A DNA stretch of 49,550 bases from Tubiluchus corallicola (taxonomy: Eukaryota; Animalia; Priapulida): positions 1-49,550 of the forward strand of contig JAQGDQ010000529.1 of assembly GCA_030141605.1 (NCBI GenBank). The letters run 5' to 3'. A model generated the notes under the pieces. It was not told the DNA's origin. It ran no database searches and was given only the letters and a program-made list of their open reading frames with translations. A program made the position numbers and the translations under genes. This document shows, piece after piece, positions 1 through 14,886 of the stretch (within the stretch, counting starts at the first letter, position 1; the number at the start of each line of letters is the position of its first letter).

Positions 1-21
1 CTTATATAGGATTTGCTGGTC

Positions 22-22
22 T

Positions 23-86
<64 letters not shown>
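22..86. repeat. poly-C plus (CT)n microsatellite, probable tail of the adjacent minus-strand LINE
   Basis: Direct reading; abuts the LINE stop codon (TCA at 84-86). Confidence 0.9.
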
Positions 87-87
<1 letters not shown>

Positions 88-720
88 ATGTCGTTTGACA
101 TGATCCTCCTGATTCCAACCTCCCATGTCTCTGTATTTTTGATGTCTAATGGTGTGTTGATGAGATCTTTTGGATGAAATTGACGTAAGTCACCAGCTAT
201 CCTCTTTGTGTTTCTTTTCTTTCTGCCGTGCTTCTTTGAAAGCTAATTTTAATGGCCTGTCACCTGGTAGTCGCATAACATGTCCTATCCATCTTAATCT
301 TCTCTTTTTGATTTTAACCGTCCATTCCTCTGCCTTGACTTTATTGTACAAATCCTTGTTTGATATTTTCTTTGTTCATTTTATTCCTAGAATGTTCCTG
401 TAGTTTTTACTATGAAATGCATCAATTTCTGATTCGTGTTGTGCTTTGATTGTCCATAATTCTGAGTCTTAGAACACAGTTTCCACAAGAGCAGCAGAGG
501 GTCTTAATTTTGTATCTAAACTGATCCTCTTACTTTCAATTTTTTTTAATTTGGAATATGCAGCTAGTGCTACGATTTTTCTTCTTGATATATCTTCACC
601 TGTTGCTAGGAGGCTGCCTAAGTACTTATATTTCCTCCACGCATCATCTCCATTCCATTTTATGTGATACTCTTCTGTTTTATCTTTATTTAGTATGCAG
701 TTGATAAAGTGTACATTCTT
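87..720 (-). mobile_element. Degenerate RTE-clade LINE, 3' part of ORF
   Basis: Minus-strand peptides YKYLGS, SLDTKLR, NSELWT, RRLRWIGHVMRLPGDRP with frameshifts and stops. Confidence 0.8.
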
Positions 721-1000
721 GTAAGCTTTTACATCTGCTAGTAATCTGAGTGAATTTTCAAAATGCGTGTAACGTGCCGAGATTAACACAAATAAAATTT
801 AATCCCACATATTATATTAACCTATTGAATTAAACTTATATTTATCATACACTATTTATTATAGGAATTTTTTTGATAATCTTGATAATTTTCATTAATA
901 ATTTTTAATAACGACCAATAAATTCCTATTCGATTGCTCAAAATCGCGCAAAACTTTGACAAATCTTTTATTATAATGATTCAGTTTTGTTTATTTACAG

Positions 1001-1072
1001 TGATCTTTCAAACACTAGTTTGACTGAAGTTCCAAGATACGTCCTCTCGCAATTAATTCACCTTCAAGAATT
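1001..1072 (+). CDS. LGR LRR exon (DLSNTSLTEVPRYVLSQLIHLQEL)
   Basis: tttacag|...|gtaagt, 72 nt, phase 2, LRR consensus. Confidence 0.88.
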
Positions 1073-1165
1073 GTAAGTACAGTGCAACAATATGTTTTTA
1101 CTCTCATACGTCACAGACGTCTTTTGTCATCATTGTCATCGTCGTCGTCGTCGTCGTCGTCGTCG

Positions 1166-1204
<39 letters not shown>

Positions 1205-1211
1205 CATCATC

Positions 1212-1243
<32 letters not shown>

Positions 1244-1252
1244 CATCACCAC

Positions 1253-1293
<41 letters not shown>

Positions 1294-2753
1294 CATCATC
1301 ACCATCATCATCATCATCATCATCATCATCATTATCATCATCACCAACAGCAACAACAACAGCAGTAGTAGCAGCAGCAGCAATGCAGCCGCTGCTATCA
1401 TCATTATCATCAACATCAGTGGCAGATTTATACAGGTTAAGTTCAATTTCGCGATCATCACGCCACTAACATTGTCATCTAAAAACACATTATTGATCTT
1501 ATGACAAGGTAAAGTAATTCATACTTTTGCTTACTTAGCCAAGAGTGCGCTAAGAACGTTCTGTTTATTTTTCAAACTTCACGCAGTGTTATCTAAACTT
1601 GTTTCAGTTAAGGAGTTACAGTTTTTAAAATGGCTCCACCCAACGGTCGTCGCGGGAGTTTAAATTTACAAGTGTGATACAGCGTTACTGTTAACGCAAG
1701 CCCGATATGCAATGTAAGTGATATAAATTTTCAAGAGGAATGATTAAGCTTTACTTGCGTGTTTTCGTGTGGTTTAACGCACGGATGTTGCATACGAAAT
1801 CGTTAATGAAGGTGCTAAGAATTCTCATAGCCTGATTTTCCTCTAGCGAGAAAGAATCACCATTTTATTGAGCTTACAGCCAGAGAAATTGCACCGATTT
1901 CAAGTTTTCTTCCATTAAGTCATCGTGTAAAGTTGCATGGTGCGTTTTTTGTCACTTAAAGACTGATCTCTAAATCTCTGGAAGAAATAATGGTCCCAAG
2001 GTGGCGTGGCGAACTATAAAGAATGGATGTTTGACGTCGTAAATCAGATTCGTTTTCTTTTAGAACTTTGTCGTGTTTTTTTTACTAGCACGCAGCGCAT
2101 CCCCTGATGTGTTTCCCAACAGAGCTACTGAAGTCTTCAAAAGTAGCGCATTTATTTTTATGATTGACTGCTTTACTCAATCAGCCGGATGTACTGCACT
2201 TGCATTCATGTACTATGACAGTTTCGTTGTCTTAAGCGGGATTTAGGCGCGTGGAAATATGTGTACCCAACTCATGTAGACGTCTCATCTTCTTAGGAGA
2301 TGAGTATTAACTTTTGTAACTCCCGTAATTAAAGTATTTCAAAAATATAGACCAATATGATTTTGAAACGCAATATAAACAGGTGAGGTTAGTCGTGCGG
2401 TTACGAAAAAATTTTATTTAATGAAATCCGTCCAAACTCGCTAAGTGCCCCAAAGTTAGGCGCGACTAAATGCAACTTAAGACGACTACTTGAATTAGGC
2501 TTAACTTTCTTAGTTACGCGGAAGGTAGTCACGACTAGGGTGCGAGTAAGGAGACAAGCCATTTACACGAATTTGGTACAAATATTTTCGCGCGTCTACA
2601 TCCCACTTAAGACAACGAAATGTCGTACCTGCAGCACATGAATCCGGGCCCTGGTCTCTTGGTGCTCTTGCCAATCGTAATTAATAATGTAGTAGTGGTA
2701 GTGCTAGTAGGCGTAGTAATAATAGCAGTAGGAGTAGCAGTAGTAGAAGCAGT

Positions 2754-2825
<72 letters not shown>

Positions 2826-2826
2826 C

Positions 2827-2860
<34 letters not shown>

Positions 2861-2887
2861 AGCAGCAGCAGCAGCAGCAGCAGCAGC

Positions 2888-2965
<78 letters not shown>

Positions 2966-2971
2966 CAGTGC

Positions 2972-3058
<87 letters not shown>

Positions 3059-3077
3059 CAGCAGCAGCAGCAGCAGC

Positions 3078-3110
<33 letters not shown>

Positions 3111-3114
3111 CAGC

Positions 3115-3208
<94 letters not shown>

Positions 3209-3285
3209 CAGCAGCAGTGCAGTAGCAGCAGCAAGTATGGTAGTGGTAATTAGTAGTAGTAGTAGTGGTAGTAGTAGTGGTAGTG

Positions 3286-3370
<85 letters not shown>

Positions 3371-6300
3371 CAGCAGCAGCAGTAGTAGTAGCAGTAGTAG
3401 TAGTAGCAGCGACAGCAGCAACGGTGGTGATATTAGCAGAAATGGGTGCTAGTAATCTAAACCGCCCCCGTGTGCACCTGTTGTTTAGTAGAACTTGTCT
3501 TTAATGACCGGGTTTCATAAATTTCGGATTTCTGAAGAAGAATACAATAGCAAAATAATTAATAGACACAATTATGGCATCCACATTTGAAACGTGGGCG
3601 AGAATGCGTTACCCCAAAGAAATTTAACGCTAAAAATCTGCCTAACATCTGTAAAGCTCGCAACTAGCAAGAATTCAGTAATGAGGTCTGATGCAAAAAT
3701 GCAAATCTTTCAGAGGAAAATGTAAAAACCCCCGATGCACTTTGAAAAGATTGCACGAAAATGAAAATTTCACAAAAAAATTGACTAACTAATCATAAAG
3801 AAAGATGTGCAAGTAACTCAAGAGTTTCTTGAAAAGCTTTTAAGGGGCTGATCTCCCTTCTCAAAATTTTTATCAAAAGTTTTCTCTCCATGTTGAAAAA
3901 GCCTGTAAATCCACCCGATTCACTGTATTTGCAGTAAAGCTGATTTTTTTTCTCAGAATTCATTCCACTCGAAACTAGCGTCACCTCCTCTTTCTTGTTG
4001 CTCGAAATTTTAATGATACGCTATGAAATGCGTCACTGGCTTCAGGAAAAAGGCGAGCATAATATTGAAAAAGGCTTCATTAGCAAAAAAAAAACATTAA
4101 GGATTAAAGGGGAGGCAAAGACATATGTAACTAGAATTGAAAATTCTGAGTGATTTAAATTGTTACAATGTTCACGCCAACGGGTAAGACGTCATTGATG
4201 CGCCTTCCCAGCATGCACCGCTGACTCACCAGTTTTTTAATCTTATTGACAATATAAAGAAATTTATACTTTAGCTTAGTTAGCAAATACTGCGCTACGT
4301 ATGCTATGCGCGCAGTGGAACGAGGTGTAAATGATATAAAATATCAATGCATTTTTTGTAGTTTTATGTAAGCAAAAATTTTCTTGCCCTTTAAGAAGCC
4401 AACATGAGTTAAGTTTAAGTATAAGTTTATTTATTTCCACTCTGCATCTAACAGTTATGATAAAAATACAGATAATTTCACTGAAGTAAATATAAATATA
4501 AATGTAATATTATCCTGAAATTACAAAAGAGATTCTTATGCAGCATATACACGTGCAAATTACATTACAGAATAATTTTGATGCATACAGTTTGAGCCTA
4601 AAAGCATAGCTTGACAGGCCAAACTGTACGTGGAAATCTTAAAGAAGTGATTAATAATTGAAACAATAATAATATATACATAAAAGTGGGGGGGGGGGGT
4701 AGTGAATGAAAGATGAAATGGAGCGAGAACTAAGACAAACTGTGATGTGGGGGAGTAGTGAATGAAAGATGAAATGGAGCGAGAACTAAGAAAAACTGTG
4801 ATGTGGGGGGAGTAGTGAATGAAAGATGAAATGGAGCGAGAACTAAGAAAAACTGTGATCATGATTATAAAGTGTTCAGTAACCTGTTGAGCATAGTCAC
4901 GTTTTATTAAGATTACTGTGGAAAAAGAATGCAGGTGATTACCATTATCAAACTGTGTTACTCTCAGTACTTTTGAAATATTTCTTTTCTGACGGTTTTT
5001 TTAAAAGTTGAAAGGGAGTGACTACATTTTGAATTGCGGCTTAGTCTGTTCCATAGGACTGGTCCCATATAGCTAATGAAATGTAACATTACCGTAACTA
5101 GGTACAAGAAAATGGATGCTGTGACTGATGCGTCATGTTTCTATATTAACAGCAGGACAACAATTTTTATAATAACTGGTGGTGTTGCTACCGTCGTAGC
5201 TTCCGTGTTACTGCTTGTCTTTAAAGCTACACCAGCTTCTATTAGTTCGGTAATAATTTTAGTAGGAGGCGACACCTGCAGTGCTGGTAATTGTACATTA
5301 CGCACAAAGCGGTTGCATCTTTTGATGTCGTCAAGAACGCCAGAAAGAAGTAGCGTTACTGGCTGGTACATTTTTTGAAAATCATGGCCTCATGCAGCTG
5401 GGATTTTAAGATAGCTGTGTTTCGAGACTTTTTGTCATCATCATCGTCGTCGCTGTTGTTGCTGGTATTGCTGTTGCTAACTGTTGTTGGGCTCCTAGAA
5501 GGACGCTGTGATATCTTTTCTACGTATAAGATAAACAAAAAACTCCCAAAAATTTAGTTCGTTAGTACTGCAATCAATGCTTTTTTAACTATTTCAGAAA
5601 TCTTGGATTTAACTTCATCAGGCAGCTACGTGACGGTGACTTTAGCAAGAACACGCAACTAAAAATTCTGTAAGTTCATTTTTTTTTTACTTCACGCCTG
5701 TTCCTGCTGTGCAAATAAAATGAGAAAACTGACCACTAATTAATGAATAGTCTGCTTTGGATTCCTGAAATCATTTTCTGACATTTTACCAAACAAATGA
5801 ACAACGATTTTTGTATTTATACTTGATATTCGCCCTATTAAAGGAAAGGTCAAACTTTCTGGGAGTATGGAGTAAAGAGAACCTGTTAAAATATGTTTAA
5901 ATGTCAAATAATTATGCTAAGAAGAGTATTCATGAAGCCAAGCCAAATAAGGAAATCTTAAGGAGCGGTGTCACGTGACGACGTGGGCGAAGAATTGACC
6001 CACTTGTCAGACTGCGCACACAGCTGATATCCATGCCGTGACACCAGCTAGGAGGGGAGCTTGGTCAGACTCCTCACTCACGCACAGGACGTCTCTTGTA
6101 GATCAGGGGCCTTGGCATTGCTATACATTTATTATATTTATTGTGATGTTACTTAATAAAAGTGTTATTTCGCAAACAAAGTCTTGATAGCTTTGCCATT
6201 ACTCAAACGTTCATAAACAGCTACACACATCGCTCACACACGTACTACCACTATACCACCAATCTAATAATTTTAACTTATGGCTTATTTCAATGCTAGG

Positions 6301-9300
6301 GAAAAATAAGTTAGTGACAAGGTGTGATAAGCGCATTTTTGTAATTAGTAAAATCACTTTAAAGTCACAATCATTTCACACTTGAGCGCTCGGATTTTTA
6401 ACGCCCATTCTTCCACCAATGTCTGAAAGAAAGCTGCGCGCTGTCAATTTCCGTCAAAAGTATAATAAGTTTTTGCAAAAAAATTAGATAACTAGTTTTG
6501 TGGTATCTTTGCACGAGCATTAGGTAAGCTGCAGTAATTTGAATTAGCTGAAGCGACGCTCGTTTGCGGAAAGTCACGATGTGCTTGCGAAAAGTCACGA
6601 AATCCACCAGTTACGTCATAATTTTCACGTGAAGGGCGGCTACCACCGCGCCTGAAAATGTCTATACAGCGACAGTATAAATTATATGTTTATGCTTTAT
6701 AGACAGTTTTTTGGAAATCTCTTTGTTATATTTTTCTAAGTTTAAGTGATAACAGTAAAGTAAACCAAAAATGCTAAGTGACTTGTTCTTTCCTTTAAAA
6801 ACTGCACTTTGATGTGAAGAGTAAAATACTTCGTTGTTTTGGTTGTGTGAAGCCGACTGTTGGTGTTTTAGGAATGCCAAAACAATGAAGAGTCTGATTA
6901 TAAAACTACACGTTTATTGAACATCAACACAATAAATATAACAGATAGTAATGCCAAGCCCCCTGATCTACCTTGCTCTCCTTCAGCTCCCAGACTCAAT
7001 CTCCTGAGCTGGGCGAATCGCAAGGCTTATATCTCGTGCGCCGAGCTTCGACGCCTTGACGCCTACGATTCGGTTCTGAATCACTTGCTCACGTGACACC
7101 ATTCCTTAACTGGCTTCATGCCAGCATTCATCAGCATAATTATTCTATCATAATCTAACGCTTTTAACATCGTTTAACACGTCCTCTTTTACTTGAAGAC
7201 TGAATATAAATGAGTTTTGTCGCTTTATCATTTTAGAAAACAAATGAACGTTCAAACTTACGTTGATCTAAATTCAGAGTATTGCTCTGAACTGGGACTA
7301 GCTTGGACTTTTAACCAGTTGTGATGTTGTCGTAATACTTTGAAAGTACAGTCTTGCTCAGTCCTTTGCTTATTGACATGCATTAAGACATTTTTAATTA
7401 AACTCCCCCTGAGATTCATTTAAATTCACGGCAGTATTTTATTAATGTCAGTACGATGCTAATATCTGTTCATTACAACATATGAGTATAATCATTGTTC
7501 TCATTATTGTTTAATCGAATTTCTTAAAATAGACGGCGGTAATTTTCGCAGGAAGTTTTTCTCAGTAAATTTTGCTAGAGATTGATCAATTTTTCTCTTT
7601 TCAGGAAACTTTCACACAACCTAATTGAAGACATTTCTCAACACGCTTTTCAAGGTTTAATCAATGTGGAAGAATTGTGAGTAAACTAAGATGTGATGTG
7701 ACGTGATGTGATCTGATGTCATGTGGGGTGATGCGATGTAGTGTGACGTGATGTGATGTGGGTGATGCGACCTAGTGTGATCTGATATGATGTAGTGTAA
7801 TGGGATGTAGTGCGATGTGATGTGATCTGATGTGATATGGTTTGATGATGGGATGTAGTGCGATGTGATGTGATGTAGCGTAATGGGATGTAGTGCAATG
7901 TGATGTGATGTGGTTCAATGATGCGATGTGATGTGGGGTGATGCGATGTAGTGTGATCTGATGTGATGTAGTGCGATGTGATGTGATCTGATGTGATGTG
8001 GTTTGATGATGGGATGTAGTGCGATGTGATGTGATGTAGTGTAATGGGATGTAGTGCGATGTGATGTGATCTGATGTGATATGGTTTGATGATGGGATGT
8101 AGTGCGATGTGATGTGATGTAGCGTAATGGGATGTAGTGCAATGTGATGTGATGTGGTTTGATGATGGGATGTAGTGCGATGTGATGTGATGTAGTGTAA
8201 TGGGATGTAGTGCAATGTGATGTGATGTGGTTTAATGATGGGATGTAGTGTGATGTGATGTGGGGTGATGCGATGTAGTGTGATCTGATGTGATGTAGTG
8301 GAATGGGATGTAGTGCAATGTGATATGATCTGATGTGATGTGATGTGGTTTAATGATGGGATGTAGTGCGATGTGATGTGGGGTGATGCAATGTAGTGTG
8401 ATCTGATGTGATGTAGTGTAATGGGATGTAGTGCGATGTGATGTGATCTGATGTGATGTGGTTTGTTGATGCGATGTAGTGCGATGTGATGTGATGTAGT
8501 GTAATGGGATGTAGTGCAATGTGATGTGATGTGATGTGGTTTAATGATGGGATGTAGTGTGATGTGATGTGGGGTGATGCGATGTAGTGTGATCTGGTGT
8601 GATGTAGTTTAATGGGATGTAGTGCAATGTGATATGATCTGATGTGATGTGGTTTAATGATGGGATGTAGTGCGATGTGATGTGGGGTGATGCAATGTAG
8701 TGTGATCTGATGTGATGTAGTGTAATGGAATGTAGTGCAATGTGATGTGATCTGGTGCAATGTGTTGTGATGTGATATGATCTGATGAAATGTGATGCGA
8801 TGTAGTGTGATCTGATGTGATGTAGTGTAATGGGATGTAGTGCGATGTGATGTGATCTGATGTGATGTGATGTGGTTTGTTGATGTGATGTAGTGTGATG
8901 TGATGTAGTGTAATGGGATGTAGTGCAATGTGATGTGATCTGATGTGATGTGGTTTGGTGATGCGATGTAGTGTGATCTGATGTGATGTAGTGTAATGGG
9001 ATGTAGTGCAATGTGATATGATCTGGTGCAATGTGTTGTGACGTGATCTGATGAAATGTGGTGCGATGTGATGTTATCTGATGAAATGTGGTGTGATGTG
9101 ATGTGATCTGGTGAAATGTGGTGTGATGTGATATGATCTGATGAAATGTGATGCGATGTAGTGTGATCTGATGTGATGTAGTGTAATGGGATGTAGTGCG
9201 ATGTGATGTGGTTTGATGATGCGATGTAGTGTGATGTCATGTGGTGTGATGCGATGCAGTGTGATCTGATGTGATGTAGTGTAATGGGATGTAGTGCAAT

Positions 9301-12300
9301 GTGATATGATCTGGTGCAATGTGTTGTGAATTGAGCTGATGAAATGTGGTGCGATGTGATGTGATCTGGTGAAATGTGGTGCGATGTGATGTGATCTGGT
9401 GAAATGTGTTGTGATATAAATATAACGTAAAGCAAGATAATGAGAAAAAATATTGGTTTGCCGTAATATGATCTAATACGTTTTAATATGGAAAACGTGT
9501 GAATGAATATATTTATTTTCCAACTCAGTGCATTAATTCGACAGGTGTAAAACTAATTTACGGACTAGACTACACTAGTTTGATTAAATGACAAGAAAAG
9601 GCAATTTTAAAGCATGTTCAAAGAATTTTCCAAACAAAATTAATGACTTTCTGTCTTTAATTATATTTTATACTCTGAATAAATATACTTTAATTATGCT
9701 TAACGGTCATAGCGCGAGTTTCAATTTACAACTTTTACACAGCGTTACTGTAAGGCAAGCCCTGTATGGAATAAGACAGCATGAATGTGACATAAAATTT
9801 CCGCGCAAAGTTTTTATCTTATTTATTTTGAACATAGTTTATATAGAGTCAGATATTATCACACAACCGATACATAGATTCTTCTCACAATATATACTTA
9901 ACATGCAATTAAATTTAACAAAATTAAATTTGAAGATAAACATGAATTTGTATGATGTCATATCACTGGAAATCAAGAGTGAGTGTACTGATGAAACTGG
10001 AATTGTACATTATAATTAGGTGCTATCCTGTTACATTCTACCAGCTGACTTACCTCAGTATAATTGTACTGTCCAGTGAATGCATACACACTGGTCCTCT
10101 CCCTATTTTAAAGTAATGGTTGTTGTGAAGCCTGTGCAAGTTTGCATAGGTCAAGTTCTATACCTATATATACTGACTGTTTTTGCTTTCTAGACACTCT
10201 AACTCTCACTCTCATTCTCAATGTTCAGTGCAGCAGTCATGCTACTCATGTGTCTGTAGTTTTAATAAACACTTTTCTGTTGTGTGCAGTGCAAATATGT
10301 ATTATAGATTTTTTATTCCTATTCATACTTCTGTGCCTAAACTCAATCATAACAAAGTGAGTGAACAACAACTTCAAAAATGACTTTCACATGTACAACA
10401 TAGATCATGAAAGAATTAACGTCTAAAATAAAACAACGGTAAAATTAGTAAATAAAGCATTCTCACAGAAGATTAGTTTTATCAAGTCTGAACAAGCTTT
10501 ATACAATTAATAAAGTCCTGCACATACTGAAAAATTGAACAATTGCACTTATAACTTACGGATGCACTCCCATGAAGCAGTAAGGGCGTTACATCACTGT
10601 CTGACAATACAACAATGTTAATATTATAAAGAGAGAATATTCCTTTGATTTTGTTAAGTATTAATGCCCTAAGTAGATTAGACCGAGGATGTTCACTTGT
10701 TTCAAAAAGAAAGCCACACCTGTAATCTGGCAAGACTGGAACCATTGCTATTAATACAATCTTTAGAAAATAAATCAGAATTTAGCTGGTTAAAGCCAAC
10801 ACGCATGCGCGTAGCCTTATAAATATGGGAATTCCCTTTCAAATCTGTTGTAAGGTATATATCTAAATGCTTATGTGTGGTCACTTTTTACAGGATCCTG
10901 TTGCCCATAAACAAAGGTGGGTAAAATATCGGGTTTATTTTACGTGTAAACTATAATACTTCTGTTTTGGCTGGATTAAATGTGACCAACCACACATTAG
11001 CCGATTGCTGTATGACAGCTAGATCTTCGTTTAAACGATATACTGATTCGTTGGAATCACCATTGAATACATCTAATAAGGAAGTATCGTCAGCCTGTAG
11101 TCGTAGCTCACTATTAATATTCTCATTAATATCATTTAATATATACCAAAAATAGCAAAGGGCCCAAAATTGAGCCTTGTAGTACCCAAGGCTTAGCTTT
11201 AACTTTTTAGCTTCATGCAAGTGAAGGGTTTTTTGTCCTTCTAAGAAAGCTGTTTGATATCAGTAAATTTATTTTTATTTATTTTTTATTATTTTCTGGC
11301 TTATAAAAACTCAAATTAGCAAAGTCTAGTAAGCTCAGAAGATATTACCTCTACTTCTTTGTTAATATTGAATGAAATAATTATAGCAAAAAGCTTATTC
11401 CTTAAAGCACAAAAAACGCTTTTCATAAATGAAGATCGAAAAATCCGTCTTGAAAATTGGATCACTTGCCTGCTGTCTTATTGCATACAGGGCTTGCGTT
11501 ACTCCCCCTGATGTCTGTTTTAAAAGAAAGTCGTTTGAGACAAATTTAGATAAAGTTTGAAGAATAATCAGAGCATTCCTAACACACTCTTCGCTAACTA
11601 AGCAAATGTTTAAATCAATTTATATTGTAAATAAGATCAATAATATGTTTTTTGTGAATCAGTGGTGCACACTGGGATGATGATGCAGTACTGTTTCACC
11701 AGGTGGGGCAAATAGTTTAAATTACTGTTTTCCAGTTACATAAGTCTTTCAAACAGGTAAGCGTAATGTTTGCTAATAACTTTTTATGGAAAATTCTTTG
11801 GGATACACTTTAAATTCCCTTTTCTTCTTCTTTAACGTTGCACTTTCAGTGCACTTATGCAGTCCTTTTAGTCAAATGCATAAATCTAATCTCATCATGT
11901 TAGGCGTTGCCAACAAACATTAATGATCAGGGCCTGTTATTATTCTTTTGATGAACGGTATTTCATAGTGATTAAGTTAGTCAAGGGTTTTTGCATTAAC
12001 AGCTTTACTGGTGCTTTGAGTGATTTCATATACTTTATGCTAAGCCTCATAGAGTAGATTTAATTCTATCCTTGCAGTTCTGTTATTGTTAGTTCTATGG
12101 CTGCGTTGCGTCAATTTCTCCATTGTGAGGTGAAAGTAACATTGAAGCTACCTGATATAGATCCTCATATTTCTGCTGCTTCTGTAGAGCTTCTATTCTT
12201 AGAAAAGCTGGAAAATTTTGCAGCTTCTTCACGCCATTATCATTGCTATAAAAAGTTTCCCCATTTATACGGATAACTGCTTGAAAGTACATCTCAACCT

Positions 12301-14834
12301 GGCGGAATGATTTCCGGCTTATAATTCCATGTTGCCAGCAGCTATTGCTAGCGAAATCGGATAGATAATGGGTAACTGCTTGAAAGTACATCTCAACCTG
12401 GCGGAATGATTTCCGGCTTATAATTCCATGTTGCCAGCAGCTATTGCTAGCGAAATCGGATAGATAATAGAATTACTACCAGTTTTAATGTATTTTTCTT
12501 CTGCGGTTTCTAAATTTTGTGTTGTGTCCTTTTCCAGGTTTTAGTGTATCTTTCTTCTGCGGTTTCTAAACTTTGTGTTGTGTTCTTTTCCTGGTTTTAA
12601 AGTATCTTTCTTCTGCGGTTTCTAAACTTTGTGTTGTGTTCTTTTCCAGGTTTTAATGTATCTTTCTTCTGCGCAAACCCCTTAAAAACCCAAACATTTT
12701 TCTCGTTTCTAAACTTTGTGTTGTGTTCTTTCCAGGTTTTTGATTTTCTTCTGCGGTTTCTAAACTTTGTGTTGTGTTCTTTTCCAGGTTTTAATGTATC
12801 TTTCTTCTGCGGTTTCTAAACTTTGTGTTGTGTTCTTTTCCAGGTTTTAATGTATCTTTCTTCTGCGGTTTCTAAACTTTGTGTTGTGTTCTTTTCCAGG
12901 TTTTAATATATCTTTCTTCTGCGGTTTCTAAACTTTGTGTTGTGTTCTTTTCCAGGTCTTAATATATCTTTCTTCTGCGGTTTCTAAACTTTGTGTTGTG
13001 TTCTTTTCCAGGTTTTAATGTATCTTTCTTCTGCGGTTTCTAAACTTTGTGTTGTGTTCTTTTCCAGGTTTTAATGTATCTTTCTTCTGCGGTTTCTAAA
13101 CTTTGTGTTGTGTTCTTTTCCAGGTTTTAATGTATCTTTCTTCTGCGGTTTCTAAACTTTGTGTTGTGTTCTTTTCCAGGTTTTAATGTATCTTTCTTCT
13201 GCGGTTTCTAAACTTTGTGTTGTGTTCTTTTCCAGGTCTTAATGTATCTTCCTTCTGCGGTTTCTAAACTTTGTGTTGTGTTCTTTCCAGGTTTTAATGT
13301 ATCTTTCTTCTGCGGTTTCTAAACTTTGTGTTGTGTTCTTTTCCAGGTTTTAATGTATCTTCCTTCTGCGGTTTCTAAACTTTGTGTTGTGTTCTTTTCC
13401 AGGTTTTAGTGTATCTTTCTTCTGCGGTTTCTAAACTTTGTGTTGTGTTCTTTTCCAGGTTTTAATGTATCTTCCTTCTGCGGTTTCTAAACTTTGTGTT
13501 GTGTTCTTTTCCAGGTTTTAGTGTATTTTTTTCTGCGGTTTTTAAACTTTGTGTTGTGTTCTTTTCCAGGTTTTAGTGAGATTAATTCCTTTTATTACTT
13601 TTTTGCACTTCATCAGTCAGATATGCTATTAGCCGTGGTTAAGCCCAAGTCAATATGAATTTTACTGAGTTGAAGAGAAGCGCCATTGATTTCTTTTTTC
13701 TTACCTCTTCGAGAATCAATAAATTAGCATTGACGCAACGTTTTCAAACTAAAACGATTTCTCGAAATGCTGGAACATTAAGTGAAAACAATTTTGGATT
13801 TTCTTTTTCTGGACTATAGCTAAAGTCTTTACTACAACAAAGCGTCCAGCGCTTGTCGTTTGGCTTCTGGCGTCGGGCGTCCAGCGTCCCCACCCCCCCC
13901 CCCCCACCCCCCCCGCCTGCCGTTTGATTTCCAGCGTCGGGCGTCCAGCGTTGACAAAACGTCATGCGTCATTTATTCGTATAATAATTCGTAGTCCCAG
14001 TCATCATTGGCCACCACATTTGCCACTAACGCAATTTCATTTCTTTACATTCATTTCGTGGCTGTAGAAGCAAAGGTGTGTTTAATATTTGTAACAAAGC
14101 AAACAGACAGACAGAAAGGTCGCCAGACAATCAGACAGATAGACAGACAGACAGACAAGCAAATATAAACAAACAAGTTATAATTTTTCTGAGCAAAAAT
14201 AATATAGAATCACGCATTTTGCGTCATTTAATCGTCAAACTGCACAAAATTCACATTTGTTTTGTTTTTGTTTTGTTTTTTCAGAGGCCTACAAAACAAC
14301 AAACTTTCATCTTTATCACCGGAAGTACTGGAGCAGCTGCCACAATTACGAATACTGTAAGCTTAATAAAATAATTGTTTTAATGAGAATGACGAGAATC
14401 TATGAAATGCGCTTTTATGATGACAAAACCGTTATGAGGTTGATTTCTTTGAACGGTGTTCAGTTCTTGTTGATGGAGCCATACGGTTTGTGATTCCAAA
14501 ATGCAGTTTAGAATTTGAAAGTAAAGCACGTTTTTATTTTGCTTGAAATTGCCTTGATTTTTGAAAAGCTGGTTTGGACTCAAGGCAACTCCTAGGAAAG
14601 TAGACGAACTGTTTCAGCAGTTTGCGTAATAAGTGATAATGAAGGACAGTAGCACTAATAAAAAGTTGAAATTCATGTTTTTGTCAATCTAAACAAAGCG
14701 TTTTATTAGTAGCTTGGCCCGTCCCCAGTTGCTTTTACAAACAGCTTATTGCAAAACAGTATAAATCTAAGTGATTCATGAAAAATAGATGACTTGATGA
14801 AGTTCCCTATCTAGTCACTGGAACCTCTTTGTCT

Positions 14835-14886
<52 letters not shown>

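Noticed and set aside
1082-3504. Poly-His/Gln/Ala/Ser/Cys ORFs
   Set aside because: Translations of trinucleotide microsatellites, open in several frames.
5962-7105. Single TTAA-flanked Kolobok element with GGAnnGGTGTCACGTGA TIRs
   Set aside because: Homology extends beyond the TTAA on both sides, and each arm has its own 5-bp TSD, so these are two separate inverted elements.
7772-9435. His-rich ORFs up to 361 aa
   Set aside because: Pentamer satellite that has few stop codons on one strand.
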